Assembly: GCA_046757525.1 (NCBI GenBank)
Contig: JBHHYI010000008.1
Coordinates: 1 to 51,429 of the forward strand
Direction: 5' to 3'
DNA: 51,429 nt
From: a bacterium
Lineage (GTDB): Bacteria; Zhuqueibacterota; Zhuqueibacteria; Oceanimicrobiales; Oceanimicrobiaceae
Part shown: one piece after another, positions 10,885 to 20,842 of the stretch
Layout of the letters: each line of letters begins with the position of its first letter
Numbering within the stretch: position 1 is the first letter of the stretch
Position numbers and translations under genes: made by a program
Notes under the pieces: generated by a model
Database searches by the model: none
Told to the model about the DNA's origin: nothing
The model's input: only the letters and a program-made list of their open reading frames with translations

Positions 10885-11331
10885 TCAGCCCTTGTCGTAT
10901 TCTAAAAAGGCACCAATGATCACGCCGTACAGCAGGTGAGCTATCAGGAGGCTAAATATTCCGGTTGTCACAATCAAGTGCGATTGTCCTATGAGGATCA
11001 AAAAAACCAGCGATGCCAGGTAAGCCAGCAAGGACCAGACAGTGCCATAGACCAATCCCAACTGGTAACTGGGATTCTTGATTCTCACGGCGATCCAATT
11101 CCTCCCAAACAAATGATACGCCACGGCCAGAAGCGTACCCGTGCAATAATGGAGGGCATGACCAATGAGATACAATCGTTGGGCTTCACCAAACAGGCGC
11201 TTGGCAATTTCTTTGGACAGGTCGATCTTGGTGAACCCCAGGAGCGGTATCGTGTGCACAGCGATAGTGAAGACGATGGTGGCAAAGACCCCGATCACCA
11301 TGCCCGGGGAGATCTGTTGGGTAGTTTTCAT
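10885..11331 (-). CDS. 4-TM membrane protein with paired His (DUF6789/DUF2938-like)
   Basis: GHALHY..G in TM2, GLVYG in TM3, AHLLYG in TM4; resembles 12257..12877. Confidence 0.65.
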   Translation of the reverse strand: MKTTQQISPGMVIGVFATIVFTIAVHTIPLLGFTKIDLSKEIAKRLFGEAQRLYLIGHALHYCTGTLLAVAYHLFGRNWIAVRIKNPSYQLGLVYGTVWSLLAYLASLVFLILIGQSHLIVTTGIFSLLIAHLLYGVIIGAFLEYDKG

Positions 11332-11417
11332 TATGACAACTGATATCGGTTTTCCGTTTCTGTGCGCAATTCAAATACCGCGAAATTAGCAAAATTCGAA
11401 CAAGAAGTCAATGATTA

Positions 11418-12200
11418 ATGGCTGAGTATTTTCTATATTTTTTGACCGGGCTTTTGGGCAGCGCCCATTGTGTGGGAATGTGCGGACCGATTGTGCTGGC
11501 GTATGCAGTCAATTTGAAAGGATCGGCACCCACGGCTCCGCGTTTTGCTTTTCAACTGCTCTATCATCTGAGTTATAATCTTGGCCGGGTGTTGATGTGG
11601 ACTTTCCTTGGCATGGTGTTCGCCCTGGCTGGCGCCGTGATCGACTCCATGAGCCGGTTTGAGCATGGGTTCGCGGTGGCCGGTGGTGTCCTCATGCTCC
11701 TGTTTGGACTCTGGAAATGGATGCGTCTCCCGGTCTTCGAGTTTAGCAAGGAGAGCAGAAGTCGAGTGTTCAGTTATTACCAGAAGGCCTTTCGATTTCT
11801 AATTGCGGAACCTGGTGTCAATGGAAAACTCGCGTTAGGCTTGTTAAACGGGCTGTTGCCGTGTGGCTTCTCTTACGCGATTTTGGTGCGGGCAGCCGTG
11901 TCCGGCTCACCCATAATTGGCGGGTTTACCATGCTTTCGTTTGGGTTGGGGACCGTGCCGGCCCTTTTTCTAACCGGCTTGTTTTCAACCCACTTAAGCG
12001 TCAGGTTGCGGGCCTGGGGGGAAAGGGTCGCCGCGATTTTGGTGGTGCTTTTGGGCGGTCTCCTCATTTTGCGAGGATTGGGACTTCACCTGTCCATGTT
12101 TCATCCCGGTCTCTTGTCAGTGACGTCTCATGGCCACCAATTCCCGATCGGCAAAAAAAAACTTGACTTTTTTGAAATAAACACTATTTTGTCGTTTTAG
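11418..12200 (+). CDS. DsbD_2 / TauE-SafE-like membrane protein typical of cbb3 assembly clusters
   Basis: HCVGMCGP, YNLGR, GLLNGLLPCG, FGLGTVP. Confidence 0.85.
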   Translation: MAEYFLYFLTGLLGSAHCVGMCGPIVLAYAVNLKGSAPTAPRFAFQLLYHLSYNLGRVLMWTFLGMVFALAGAVIDSMSRFEHGFAVAGGVLMLLFGLWKWMRLPVFEFSKESRSRVFSYYQKAFRFLIAEPGVNGKLALGLLNGLLPCGFSYAILVRAAVSGSPIIGGFTMLSFGLGTVPALFLTGLFSTHLSVRLRAWGERVAAILVVLLGGLLILRGLGLHLSMFHPGLLSVTSHGHQFPIGKKKLDFFEINTILSF

Positions 12201-12256
12201 GGAGAGAGAACCCCGCCTGATGATTCTTTGATACAATCCTACCCTGGGAGGAGAGA

Positions 12257-12877
12257 ATGTCTAACGAGATGAGAAGGGAAGATCTTCTTCGAGAGATCGC
12301 AAAGCACCGCCAGGCCATTGAAGAGCTTGAAAACAAACTGGTCGGTGAGGTTGCATCCCCCCCGAAACAGTGGCCGCCAAAAGGTTTTTATTACACCTAT
12401 TACATCGTAGCGGGAATGTTGATTGGCTTAATTGGTTCCATGGCAAGCTTCATCTTCAACGTCGTGGGGTCCCGGCTGGTGGCGCAAGATACCATGCAAG
12501 TTCTGCGGGTTTTTGGTACTTTATTTATCGGATCAGACGCTTTGCACACACAAGACCTCACCTTTCTGATGCTCGTGCTGATGGTACATTTTTCGGTGGG
12601 AGCCGTGGCTGGTGCCATATTTCATGTCCTGGTTAATCGATTTTTTGCGGACCGTTCGCACGGCATGAAAATTCTGTTTGGTGCCATATTTGGCGTCGCA
12701 CTTTGGATAACCAATTTTTATTTGGTCTTATCCTGGTTGCAACCCATGGCCGTCGGCGCGGCACTGATTCTGAAAATGATGCCTATTTGGGTGGCTGCAC
12801 TCACCCATCTTGTATACGGCTTGACTTTGGGAATCTTGCAGCCAATCGGGAAATTCATAGCTTATCAACCGGCATAA
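12257..12877 (+). CDS. Membrane protein with N-terminal coiled coil, 4 TM and paired His
   Basis: VHFSVG, GAIFGVALW, THLVYG; SD GGAGG; possible promoter TTGACT-N16-TATTTT at 12163-12190. Confidence 0.7.
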   Translation: MSNEMRREDLLREIAKHRQAIEELENKLVGEVASPPKQWPPKGFYYTYYIVAGMLIGLIGSMASFIFNVVGSRLVAQDTMQVLRVFGTLFIGSDALHTQDLTFLMLVLMVHFSVGAVAGAIFHVLVNRFFADRSHGMKILFGAIFGVALWITNFYLVLSWLQPMAVGAALILKMMPIWVAALTHLVYGLTLGILQPIGKFIAYQPA

Positions 12878-12950
12878 GGCTATTCTCTCGATGGAAAACT
12901 ACATTTCAATGATCCACCATGGTGACTAATCTAAGGGAGTCGAAAAAAGC

Positions 12951-13757
12951 ATGGGCAGAATGGAGAAGTTTGTCGGAGTTCTGTGGTTGCTCTTGTGCTG
13001 TACGATCCTGCACGGGATAGCCCTGGGGCAGGCGGAACGCACACAATATGAGAAGTTGACCCAGGACGGCAGGAAAGTGTACAGAACTTATTGTGTTGGA
13101 TGTCATGGCGTCAGGGGAGATGGGAACGGACCTGCTGCCAGATTCCTGAACCCAAAGCCGCGGGACTTTACCAAGGGAATCTTTAAGTTTCGTACCACGC
13201 CTTCCGGCTCGTTGCCGAAAGATGAGGACCTCTACAAAACCATTACCAGGGGGCTGCATCGGACTGCGATGCCGCAGTTCTCGTTGCTTTCCGAACACAA
13301 AAGATTGGCCCTGGTCGCGTACATCAAGACGTTCTCCAAGCTCTGGCAGAGGAGAACCCCTGAACCCGCCATTTACCTGCCGGATCCGCCACGCTGGTTG
13401 GGCTCCCCCGAGTCGGCGAAGCGGGGCAAAGAGGTTTACACTCTCCTGGGGTGTTACAACTGCCACGGGGAAACCGGCAAAGGGGACGGTTCTTCAGCCG
13501 CGACCTTAGAGCCTGATGCGTGGGGGCATCACCAAAAACCGTTTGATTTCACCAAAGGCACCCTCAAAAGCGGACCCACGGTCAAAGACATCTACCGAAC
13601 CTTTATGACCGGATTGAACGGAACCGCTATGCCGTCTTACGCGGACTTCTTCATGGAACCCCCTGAAAATAGCCCTATCAAGAAGGATGACATCTGGAAC
13701 CTGATCTCTTTTATCCTTTCTCTCCGGGGAAGCGGCATCGCCACAGGGCAGAAATAG
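12951..13757 (+). CDS. Periplasmic diheme cytochrome c
   Basis: Signal peptide; CVGCH and CYNCH, each domain with a distal Met (AMPQF, AMPSY). Confidence 0.9.
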   Translation: MGRMEKFVGVLWLLLCCTILHGIALGQAERTQYEKLTQDGRKVYRTYCVGCHGVRGDGNGPAARFLNPKPRDFTKGIFKFRTTPSGSLPKDEDLYKTITRGLHRTAMPQFSLLSEHKRLALVAYIKTFSKLWQRRTPEPAIYLPDPPRWLGSPESAKRGKEVYTLLGCYNCHGETGKGDGSSAATLEPDAWGHHQKPFDFTKGTLKSGPTVKDIYRTFMTGLNGTAMPSYADFFMEPPENSPIKKDDIWNLISFILSLRGSGIATGQK

Positions 13758-13825
13758 CCAGTCACGCAACTGGAATGAGAATTAAATTCAGCGATATGCG
13801 AATTCAAAAATCAGGAGAAATGTAG

Positions 13826-15226
13826 ATGATGACAGAGACACACCCGGAACGGCCATTAGTCAACATGGGATTGGTAAAAGCACATTTGATCGCCAGCATG
13901 GTCTATTTTGCGGCCTTGCTGCTTGCGGGCCTGTCATTTTCGCTGGTGTTGGACCGACTCAATCCGTTTCCAGGGGTGGAGTTGCTTTCCCCGGGCCGCC
14001 TCAGGATGGTTCACACCAACATGGCCGCCTACGGCTTCATCGTAAACGCTTTTCTGGCCGGCATGATCTGGTCCATTCCAAGGCTCACCAAGCGTCCGAT
14101 CCTCAGCGACAAGCTGGGCTGGGTCATCTTCTGGACCTGGCAATTTATCGTGACGGCCACTCTGGTGGGCATCTTGATGGGGTATGCCCAGGCGATTGAA
14201 TGGGGAGAAACCCCGATTTTCGTAGATCCGCTGGTTGTCGTGGGTTGGGTGCTGGTGGTGATAAACCTGATTGCACCCATCATCAAGACCCAGGAAAGAG
14301 GGCTTTATGTGACGAGCTGGTACTTTTTGGCGGGTTTCATCTGGACTGCCCTCACCTATGTCATGGGAAATTACTTCCCACAGTTTTTTACCCCGGGCAC
14401 CGCAGGAGCAGCAATCACCGGATTGTTTATTCACGACCTGGTGGGACTGCTGGTTACGCCCATAGGTTGGGGCCTGATGTACTATTTTGTTCCCCTCATA
14501 TTGAAGAAGCCCATCTGGAGCCATGCGCTCTCTTTGATCGGCTTCTGGGGCATTGCGTTTTTTTACCCCATGCAGGGCGTACACCACTTTTTGCTCAGCC
14601 CTATCCCCATGTACGCACAGTATTCCGCGATTGTGGCTACCATAGCCATTGAAATCACCGTCACTACGGTCATCATCAACTTTTTTGGCACTTTGTTTGG
14701 GAGAACCGAAGCCGTGCGTACCAGTATGCCGATTCGCTGGTTTTACACCGGCATGCTGTGCTACTTCACGACTTGTTTGCAATGCGCCTTTCAAGTGACT
14801 TTGACTTTTCAGAAAATAATTCACTTCACCGACTGGGTTGTGGGACATGCGCATTTGGTCATGTTTGGTGTCTTCGGGTTCTGGATTCTGGGCATGATTG
14901 TTTACTTGTGGCCCCGTGTGGTCGGGCAACAGGAATGGCACTCGGCGCGGTTGTTGACCTGGCACTACTGGCTTACCCTGGTAGGCATGGCCGTGATGTT
15001 CGTCGATTTAGGCGCTGCTGGTTTGGTGCAGGGTTTCTCCTGGAAAAGCCTGGCGCCCTGGGCCGATTCGATCAATTTCTCCATGCCCTTTTGGATTGCC
15101 AGAACCATCACCGGATTGATGATCTTTTTGGGGCAGGTGTTGTTGTTCTACAATATGTGGATGACGGCCAAGAAGCCAAGCTTCTCCCAGGCGACCGAAA
15201 CGGCACTGGTGACGGAACCTGCTTAG
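13826..15226 (+). CDS. ccoN: cbb3-type (C-family) heme-copper oxidase subunit I, divergent clade
   Basis: GRLRMVHTN, HDLVG, FFYPMQGVHH (helix VII Tyr kept), HFTDWVVGHAH; all six His ligands present. Confidence 0.9.
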   Translation: MMTETHPERPLVNMGLVKAHLIASMVYFAALLLAGLSFSLVLDRLNPFPGVELLSPGRLRMVHTNMAAYGFIVNAFLAGMIWSIPRLTKRPILSDKLGWVIFWTWQFIVTATLVGILMGYAQAIEWGETPIFVDPLVVVGWVLVVINLIAPIIKTQERGLYVTSWYFLAGFIWTALTYVMGNYFPQFFTPGTAGAAITGLFIHDLVGLLVTPIGWGLMYYFVPLILKKPIWSHALSLIGFWGIAFFYPMQGVHHFLLSPIPMYAQYSAIVATIAIEITVTTVIINFFGTLFGRTEAVRTSMPIRWFYTGMLCYFTTCLQCAFQVTLTFQKIIHFTDWVVGHAHLVMFGVFGFWILGMIVYLWPRVVGQQEWHSARLLTWHYWLTLVGMAVMFVDLGAAGLVQGFSWKSLAPWADSINFSMPFWIARTITGLMIFLGQVLLFYNMWMTAKKPSFSQATETALVTEPA

Positions 15227-15272
15227 GAGTACCGCACTTCCAAGCAAAGCTTATTAACCAAGGAGTTAACCA

Positions 15273-16046
15273 ATGGAGCGATTCGGGGCTATTTTTCTGA
15301 TTGCCGGTTTAATCACTTTTGTGTTCGGATTTTTCATTCAGGGATTCTTGCCGATTCTGACCTTGCGAGACATACCGATGAAATCCATGGAGGAGATCAC
15401 CCAGACCATCCCGCTGGAATTTTTTGATTTGGCGGAACAGTATCCCGAGCAGTTCAAGAAGTATTACGGTGAGCCGAATCAGCAGTCCTTCATTGAAGCC
15501 TTGAAAGTGGGCAAGGCTGTTTACATTGCCGAAGGATGCTGGCATTGTCATTCTCAGTTCATTCGTCCGGTTTCCAACGAAGACTTGCGCTTTGGCCCGG
15601 TTTCTACTGCGGCAGAATACGAGAACGCCATGAACCTGCCCCATCTGTTTGGCACGCGACGCGTGGGCCCCGACTTGATCCGGGAGTCTGGCCGGCATTC
15701 CAACGATTGGCACGTGGCGCATTTTTACGAACCCAGGTTCACGTCGCCCTATTCCGTCATGCCAAGCTATCGCTGGTTTTTCGAAGATGGCAAGAAATGG
15801 CTGGTCATCGACGCAGACGGCGCCAGCGATGGCAAGACTTACGATTCGCGTGAGGCTGCGCGGGCGCAAGCGCAAAACCTCGCGTCGCAAGGCAAAGGCA
15901 TTTATCAGGTTGAGCCAGCAAAACTGCCAAACAAACGCGGGCTTGGCATAGTTGCCTACGTGCAGTGGCTGGGAAGCTGGGTGCCCCAGGTGCCGGAGAC
16001 TATTTACAACATGGAAGCACTAAAAGAAAAACAAAAGGTTAGATGA
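15273..16046 (+). CDS. ccoO: cbb3-type oxidase subunit II (monoheme)
   Basis: N-terminal TM, YIAEGCWHCHSQFIRP, GTRRVGPDL, SVMPSY. Confidence 0.92.
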   Translation: MERFGAIFLIAGLITFVFGFFIQGFLPILTLRDIPMKSMEEITQTIPLEFFDLAEQYPEQFKKYYGEPNQQSFIEALKVGKAVYIAEGCWHCHSQFIRPVSNEDLRFGPVSTAAEYENAMNLPHLFGTRRVGPDLIRESGRHSNDWHVAHFYEPRFTSPYSVMPSYRWFFEDGKKWLVIDADGASDGKTYDSREAARAQAQNLASQGKGIYQVEPAKLPNKRGLGIVAYVQWLGSWVPQVPETIYNMEALKEKQKVR

Positions 16047-16390
16047 TGAAGAAAAAAAGCATGAAGTGGGTGGCAATCCTCTCGGTTTCTATTTTTGTGG
16101 TGGTGATTGGCGGTGTTGCGTTTTTGTACAAAATCACTGAATTTGCAGAAACCTATCTAAAGGACGACCTCAAAAGTTTTGGCGCTATTTCCGTCGTTTC
16201 CTATCTTGTGGGATTTTTTGGTATTCTATTCTTTACCCTCTGGGGTGTGTTTAAGGGCCATTTCAGAGACATTGAACGCCCCAAGTACAGAATGCTCGAG
16301 TTAGACGAAGAGATCGAACGGATGGGAAATGTCTACCGTGAAGAGTCAAAGTCAGAACCCTCTGAGTTGGATGAGCTTTCCCTTAACTGA
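16043..16390 (+). CDS. Small cbb3-associated 2-TM protein (CcoS-like motif)
   Basis: W..KGHFRDIE.PKYRML resembles the CcoS GQFDD.E motif; overlaps the ccoO stop. Confidence 0.6.
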   Translation: MMKKKSMKWVAILSVSIFVVVIGGVAFLYKITEFAETYLKDDLKSFGAISVVSYLVGFFGILFFTLWGVFKGHFRDIERPKYRMLELDEEIERMGNVYREESKSEPSELDELSLN

Positions 16391-16410
16391 AAATTTTGGA
16401 GAAAAATTTC

Positions 16411-16587
16411 ATGCCCGAAGAGAAAGAAAAAAAAGAAGAAAAAGAGAAAAGCCAGGAACAGGAACAACCGGTTAAAGAGCCCAATTACCACACCTACGAA
16501 CCCAATGCCGTGCCCTGGTGGTTGGCCCTCCTGTGGCTTGGCTATTTCATATTCGGGGTCGTTTACTTGCTGAGAAACCTGTTGTGA
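16411..16587 (+). CDS. Stand-alone CcoP N-terminal-like membrane anchor
   Basis: YEPNAVPWWLALLW..FIFGVVYL resembles CcoP_N (EYDNPLPRWW..F..Y); no heme motif; SD GGAG. Confidence 0.55.
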   Translation: MPEEKEKKEEKEKSQEQEQPVKEPNYHTYEPNAVPWWLALLWLGYFIFGVVYLLRNLL

Positions 16588-16627
16588 AGGTGGTTGACAA
16601 GAGGTTGTTGGCCTCTGTTTTTACTTC

Positions 16628-18718
16628 ATGAGCGAGATTTGCACGCAATGTGGTCTGCCGTTATCGACAGGTTCGTTAGGCGGTAAGCGCAAACCCCTCC
16701 ACCAACATTTCTGCTGTTACGGCTGCAAACTCACCTACCAAATCACTCAAGAACAAGGGGAACAAGGCAAAGCCCAGGGAATCTTAATCCGGCTGGGTTT
16801 GGGCATTTTTTTTGCGATGAACGTCATGCTGTTCAGCCTGCCCACCTACGCCCCTTTCTTTTTTGACTTTGAGAGCGACGCTACTTTTCTGCTTCTGCTG
16901 CGCGTCGTCCTGATTGTGTTTTCAGCCCCGGTGCTCTTACTGCTGGGTCTGCCGATTCTGTTGAATTCCTTGAAGGAGATCGCGCGGATTTATTTCAGTT
17001 TGGACACCCTCATCGCCCTGGGCACTTTTGCTGCCTACGGTCTTTCCATTTACAACACGGTGAACCAGGCTGATAATGTTTACTTTGACACCGCAACCAT
17101 GCTGCTGGTTCTGGTGACCACGGGGCGCTACCTGGAGGCCCGGGCCAAGGCCAAAACCGCTGAGAAGCTCAGTGCCCTGGCGCACGGCACACCTGGGATG
17201 TCAGTGATTGCCGAAGGCAGCGTAGAAAGGGAGATTGAAACCGCGAACATTCGAGTGGATGATGTGGTCAAGATCGTTCCCGGACAAATGTTTCCCGTGG
17301 ACGGCGTGGTGACCGCTGGCAGCGGCGGCGTAAACGAATCCTCGTTGACGGGTGAGAGTGACATCGTTTTCAAAGACGCTGGCGACCGAGTCTTCTCGGG
17401 GACCATCAGCGTGGACGGCAGCTTTCACGTTCGAGCAACAAGAGTCGAGTCGGAGAGCACCCTTGCACGGATCGCTAAGATGTTAGAGGAGGCCAGAAGA
17501 TTGAAGGCCCCCATCGAACGCCTGGCCAATCGCGTGGCTTCGATTTTTGTGCCCGCCGTCATTTCGCTGGCTGCGGTTGTTTTCGGCATTTGGAGCTGGC
17601 AGCAAAACTTCGGCACGGGATTGCTCAACGCTCTGTCTGTTTTGGTTGTTTCGTGCCCCTGTGCTTTGGGAATTGCAACGCCTCTGGCCATTTGGATCGC
17701 CTTCAACCGGGCAGCGCGGCGAGGAATTTTGCTGGCAAACGGAGAAGTTTTGGAGCGCTTGACCAAAGTCAGGGAAATCTTTTTTGACAAAACCGGGACC
17801 CTCACCACCGGAAACCTCAGATTCAACCAGATTATGCTCAATCCAAAGGCAAACCTCACGGAAAGTGAATTGGCTGGACATTTGACTTCTCTTGCTGCGT
17901 ATTCGTCTCATCCCGTCACAAAAGGCATCTTGAGCGCAAGGCTCCATTCAAATTGCCAACGCCAAAAGGTCTACGATTTCAAAACACATCCAGGATTGGG
18001 CATCGAGGGGAGAGTGGGCAGTCCGGACAGTCCTGTAGATTTTCTGGGCAGCCGACGGTTTATGCTCCGGGTCGGCCAGGAAATAGATTCAGATTTTGAG
18101 GCGCTGGTTTCGCCGTCTCAACAGCGTGGCGACAAGCTGGTTTTTTGGGGCAGGCAGAAATGCGTTGTGGCCGTCATCTCTTTTGTCGAACACCTACGAC
18201 CAGAGGCGCCGGTGGCCGCGGAACAACTCCGCAAGCTGGGGCTGCGCGTGCACGTCTTGACCGGGGACTCGGAGTGTGCCGCGCAAACCATTCAACAGGA
18301 ATTCAAAGAAGTTGACTTCTACGCCGAACTCTTGCCCGAGGACAAAGTTCGGATTGTTACTGAAGGTGGAAACTATCGAGGCTGCACCACGGCCATGGTG
18401 GGCGATGGCATCAATGACGCCGCGGCGCTGGCAGCCGCAGACGCAGGCATCGCCATGGGCACGGGGACAGATCTGGCCAGGGAGGCGGCTTCTGTTAACA
18501 TTCTGAGCTCCGATTTGACCACCATACCCTGGCTGATTTCCTACGCCAGGCGGGTGAGGAAAAGGATCATTGGGAATCTTTTTTGGGCTTTCGTTTACAA
18601 TCTGGCTGCCATTGCCCTGGCCGCTTTGGGTTGGCTCAACCCTCTGTTCGCTGCGTTGGCCATGATTTTTAGCAGTCTGTTTGTCATTTGGAATTCTCAG
18701 CGGCCCAAAAAAGAATAG
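16628..18718 (+). CDS. ccoI: CcoI/FixI-type copper P1B ATPase for cbb3 assembly
   Basis: CTQC..FCCYGC, AMNVM, YFDT, TGES, CPC, DKTGT, HP, GDGIND, YN, M..SS; follows ccoNO. Confidence 0.85.
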   Translation: MSEICTQCGLPLSTGSLGGKRKPLHQHFCCYGCKLTYQITQEQGEQGKAQGILIRLGLGIFFAMNVMLFSLPTYAPFFFDFESDATFLLLLRVVLIVFSAPVLLLLGLPILLNSLKEIARIYFSLDTLIALGTFAAYGLSIYNTVNQADNVYFDTATMLLVLVTTGRYLEARAKAKTAEKLSALAHGTPGMSVIAEGSVEREIETANIRVDDVVKIVPGQMFPVDGVVTAGSGGVNESSLTGESDIVFKDAGDRVFSGTISVDGSFHVRATRVESESTLARIAKMLEEARRLKAPIERLANRVASIFVPAVISLAAVVFGIWSWQQNFGTGLLNALSVLVVSCPCALGIATPLAIWIAFNRAARRGILLANGEVLERLTKVREIFFDKTGTLTTGNLRFNQIMLNPKANLTESELAGHLTSLAAYSSHPVTKGILSARLHSNCQRQKVYDFKTHPGLGIEGRVGSPDSPVDFLGSRRFMLRVGQEIDSDFEALVSPSQQRGDKLVFWGRQKCVVAVISFVEHLRPEAPVAAEQLRKLGLRVHVLTGDSECAAQTIQQEFKEVDFYAELLPEDKVRIVTEGGNYRGCTTAMVGDGINDAAALAAADAGIAMGTGTDLAREAASVNILSSDLTTIPWLISYARRVRKRIIGNLFWAFVYNLAAIALAALGWLNPLFAALAMIFSSLFVIWNSQRPKKE

Positions 18719-18839
18719 CCCGCTGCGATTTGAGCGCCCGGTGCCTGGGCTTGGCCTACGTTCTGTTTTTCCCCTTGTTTTTTGTGGCAATATTGTTTAT
18801 TTTTTGAATATTCCCAGCGCGGCACAGCCGCAAATGAAT

Positions 18840-18949
18840 GGAACACGGCTTTTACGGTTCATGAGCCATTCGGTTCGGAGTCACTGCCTCAAGCAGATTT
18901 AGTCTGGCCAATCCGTTCGGATCAGTTAAATCCGTGCAATCCGCGTTCC
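18840..18949. repeat. Degenerate REP-like inverted repeat element
   Basis: GGAACACGGCTTTTACGG pairs imperfectly with CCGTGCAATCCGCGTTCC; the 18-mer TCGGATCAGTTAAATCCG (18917-18934) recurs at 31187-31204. Confidence 0.55.
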
Positions 18950-19024
18950 GATTCTTTTTGCACTTTGGTGCAAGCAATGAGACATAATACTATAAAGTCG
19001 GTTGTGAATCGTAAAACCAGCGTG

Positions 19025-20842
19025 ATGGCTTATTCGAGTCAAAAACGCGAGAAGCCCGGCATCAGATTAATCCTGCTATGCCTCCTATTGGCCGTTTGGA
19101 TATTTGCCTTGGACTTGCAGGCCCCGTTGGTCATTGCTGGAGGCATCCCTTACATCATCGTGGTATTGGTTTCTCTGTGGTCTCCAAAGCGTGGCTACCT
19201 GCTGGCGGTGGCATCTGTTTGCTCGGTGCTCACGGTGCTTGGATTCTTATTCTCTTTCCATGGCAGCCAACTCTGGATCATCCTGGTCAACTGTTTCCTG
19301 GCCCTGGTGGCCATTTGGATTACCGTCGGTCTAACCCTGAAGCGGACTCAAGCGGTAGAAACGCTGTTTGTGGAGCGGGATCGGGCGCAAAAATATCTGC
19401 AAATTGCTGGCGTCATGTTCGTTGCTTTGGACCGGGATGGTATGATAACCATGATCAATCAGAAGGGATGCGCTATTTTGGGATACCGGGAGGAGGAGTT
19501 GCTTGGCCGGGATTGGTTTCGCACCTGCGTCCCGGTCCGGCTCAGATCCGAGACGATTGCAGTGTTTCAACGCCTCATGGCCGGAAAAGAACAACTCGTA
19601 GAATACTACGACAATCCTGTGCTGACAAAATCTGGAGAGGAACGCTTCATTTCCTGGCACAACACGGTGCTGAGAGATCTTTCGGAAATCCCGACTGGAA
19701 CGCTGAGTTCGGGCCTGGACATCACCGAGAGGCTGCAGGCGGAAAAGGTCATCCACGAAAGCGAGGCGAGACTGCGGGCCATTCTCGACACCGCAGTCGA
19801 GGGCATCATCACCATTGACAAACAGGGCATTGTGCAGTCGTTTAACAAAGGGGCCGAACAGATTTTTGGATACCGGGCGGACGAAATGGTAGGCAAGAAC
19901 GTTAGTCTAATCATCCCAGCGCCGCATCATGACAAGCACGACAGCTACATTATGAACTATTTAGAGACCGGGGTAAAAAGGATCATAGGAATTGGGCGGG
20001 AGATAACCGGAATGCGCAAAGACGGCACACTGTTTCCTCTTGCCATCGCGGTAAGTGAGGTCAAGTTAGGAGACCGAAGTCTTTTTACTGGCATTCTGCA
20101 CGACATCACCGAACAAAAAATCCTGGAGAAGCAGGTGGTTCGAGCAGAGCGTCTGGCAATGATCGGCAAGATGGCTGCAAAAGTCGCCCACGAGGTGAGG
20201 AACCCACTGTCTTCTATCAGCCTGAATGCTGAGCTCCTGGAAGACGAGCTGGAACGGTATGAGTCAGTCGACGCCAGAGAGGCAAAATCCCTTCTGAACT
20301 CCATGATCCGCGAAATCGATCGTGTCACCTCGTTGACCGACGAGTATTTACAATACTCACGTTTGCCAGAATCTCTGCTGGTAAAACGCAATTTCCAGCA
20401 GTTGATCAACGAGATCGAAGCATTCCTCGGCAATGAACTGAAACAGAAGAATATCGAGCTGCAGTTGAACGGGACCAATCAGCCACTGGAGCTCCGGTTC
20501 GACCGCACGCAGTTCCGGCGGGTCTTGCTGAATATCATTCGCAACGCGATCGAAGCCATGCCTGACGGTGGCCAACTCAAGATATGGTCGGAGAGAAAAG
20601 ACAACAAGGCTTTAATAAATATTCAAGATACGGGTATTGGGATTCCGGCGGAGCAGGTGGAAAACATTTTTGACCCTTTTTTTACCACTAAAGACTTCGG
20701 CACCGGACTGGGATTAGCCATTACGCAACAAATCGTCCATGAACACGGGGGCGAAATCTATTGCAACAGCAAACAGGGTCAAGGAACGACTTTTTGCATC
20801 AGCCTGCCTCTGGATGACCATGAACGCGAGGACTCACTTTGA
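19025..20842 (+). CDS. Membrane-bound sensor histidine kinase with two PAS domains, the second a FixL-type heme PAS
   Basis: TM region; second PAS IPAPHHDKHDSY..IIGIGREITGMRKDG; H-box AHEVRNPL; N, G1, F, G2 boxes. Start uncertain (18977 or 19025). Confidence 0.9.
   Translation: MAYSSQKREKPGIRLILLCLLLAVWIFALDLQAPLVIAGGIPYIIVVLVSLWSPKRGYLLAVASVCSVLTVLGFLFSFHGSQLWIILVNCFLALVAIWITVGLTLKRTQAVETLFVERDRAQKYLQIAGVMFVALDRDGMITMINQKGCAILGYREEELLGRDWFRTCVPVRLRSETIAVFQRLMAGKEQLVEYYDNPVLTKSGEERFISWHNTVLRDLSEIPTGTLSSGLDITERLQAEKVIHESEARLRAILDTAVEGIITIDKQGIVQSFNKGAEQIFGYRADEMVGKNVSLIIPAPHHDKHDSYIMNYLETGVKRIIGIGREITGMRKDGTLFPLAIAVSEVKLGDRSLFTGILHDITEQKILEKQVVRAERLAMIGKMAAKVAHEVRNPLSSISLNAELLEDELERYESVDAREAKSLLNSMIREIDRVTSLTDEYLQYSRLPESLLVKRNFQQLINEIEAFLGNELKQKNIELQLNGTNQPLELRFDRTQFRRVLLNIIRNAIEAMPDGGQLKIWSERKDNKALINIQDTGIGIPAEQVENIFDPFFTTKDFGTGLGLAITQQIVHEHGGEIYCNSKQGQGTTFCISLPLDDHEREDSL

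Noticed and set aside
13771..13786. sigma54-like TGGAATGAGAATTAAA before ccoN
   Set aside because: The -12 element lacks both G and C.
13826..15226. CcoN as a nitric oxide reductase (NorB)
   Set aside because: Lacks the HLWVEG glutamate pattern, keeps the helix VII Tyr, and sits with ccoO and ccoI.
18782..19024. N-terminal extension of the FixL-like kinase
   Set aside because: It runs through the REP-like inverted repeat and looks non-coding.
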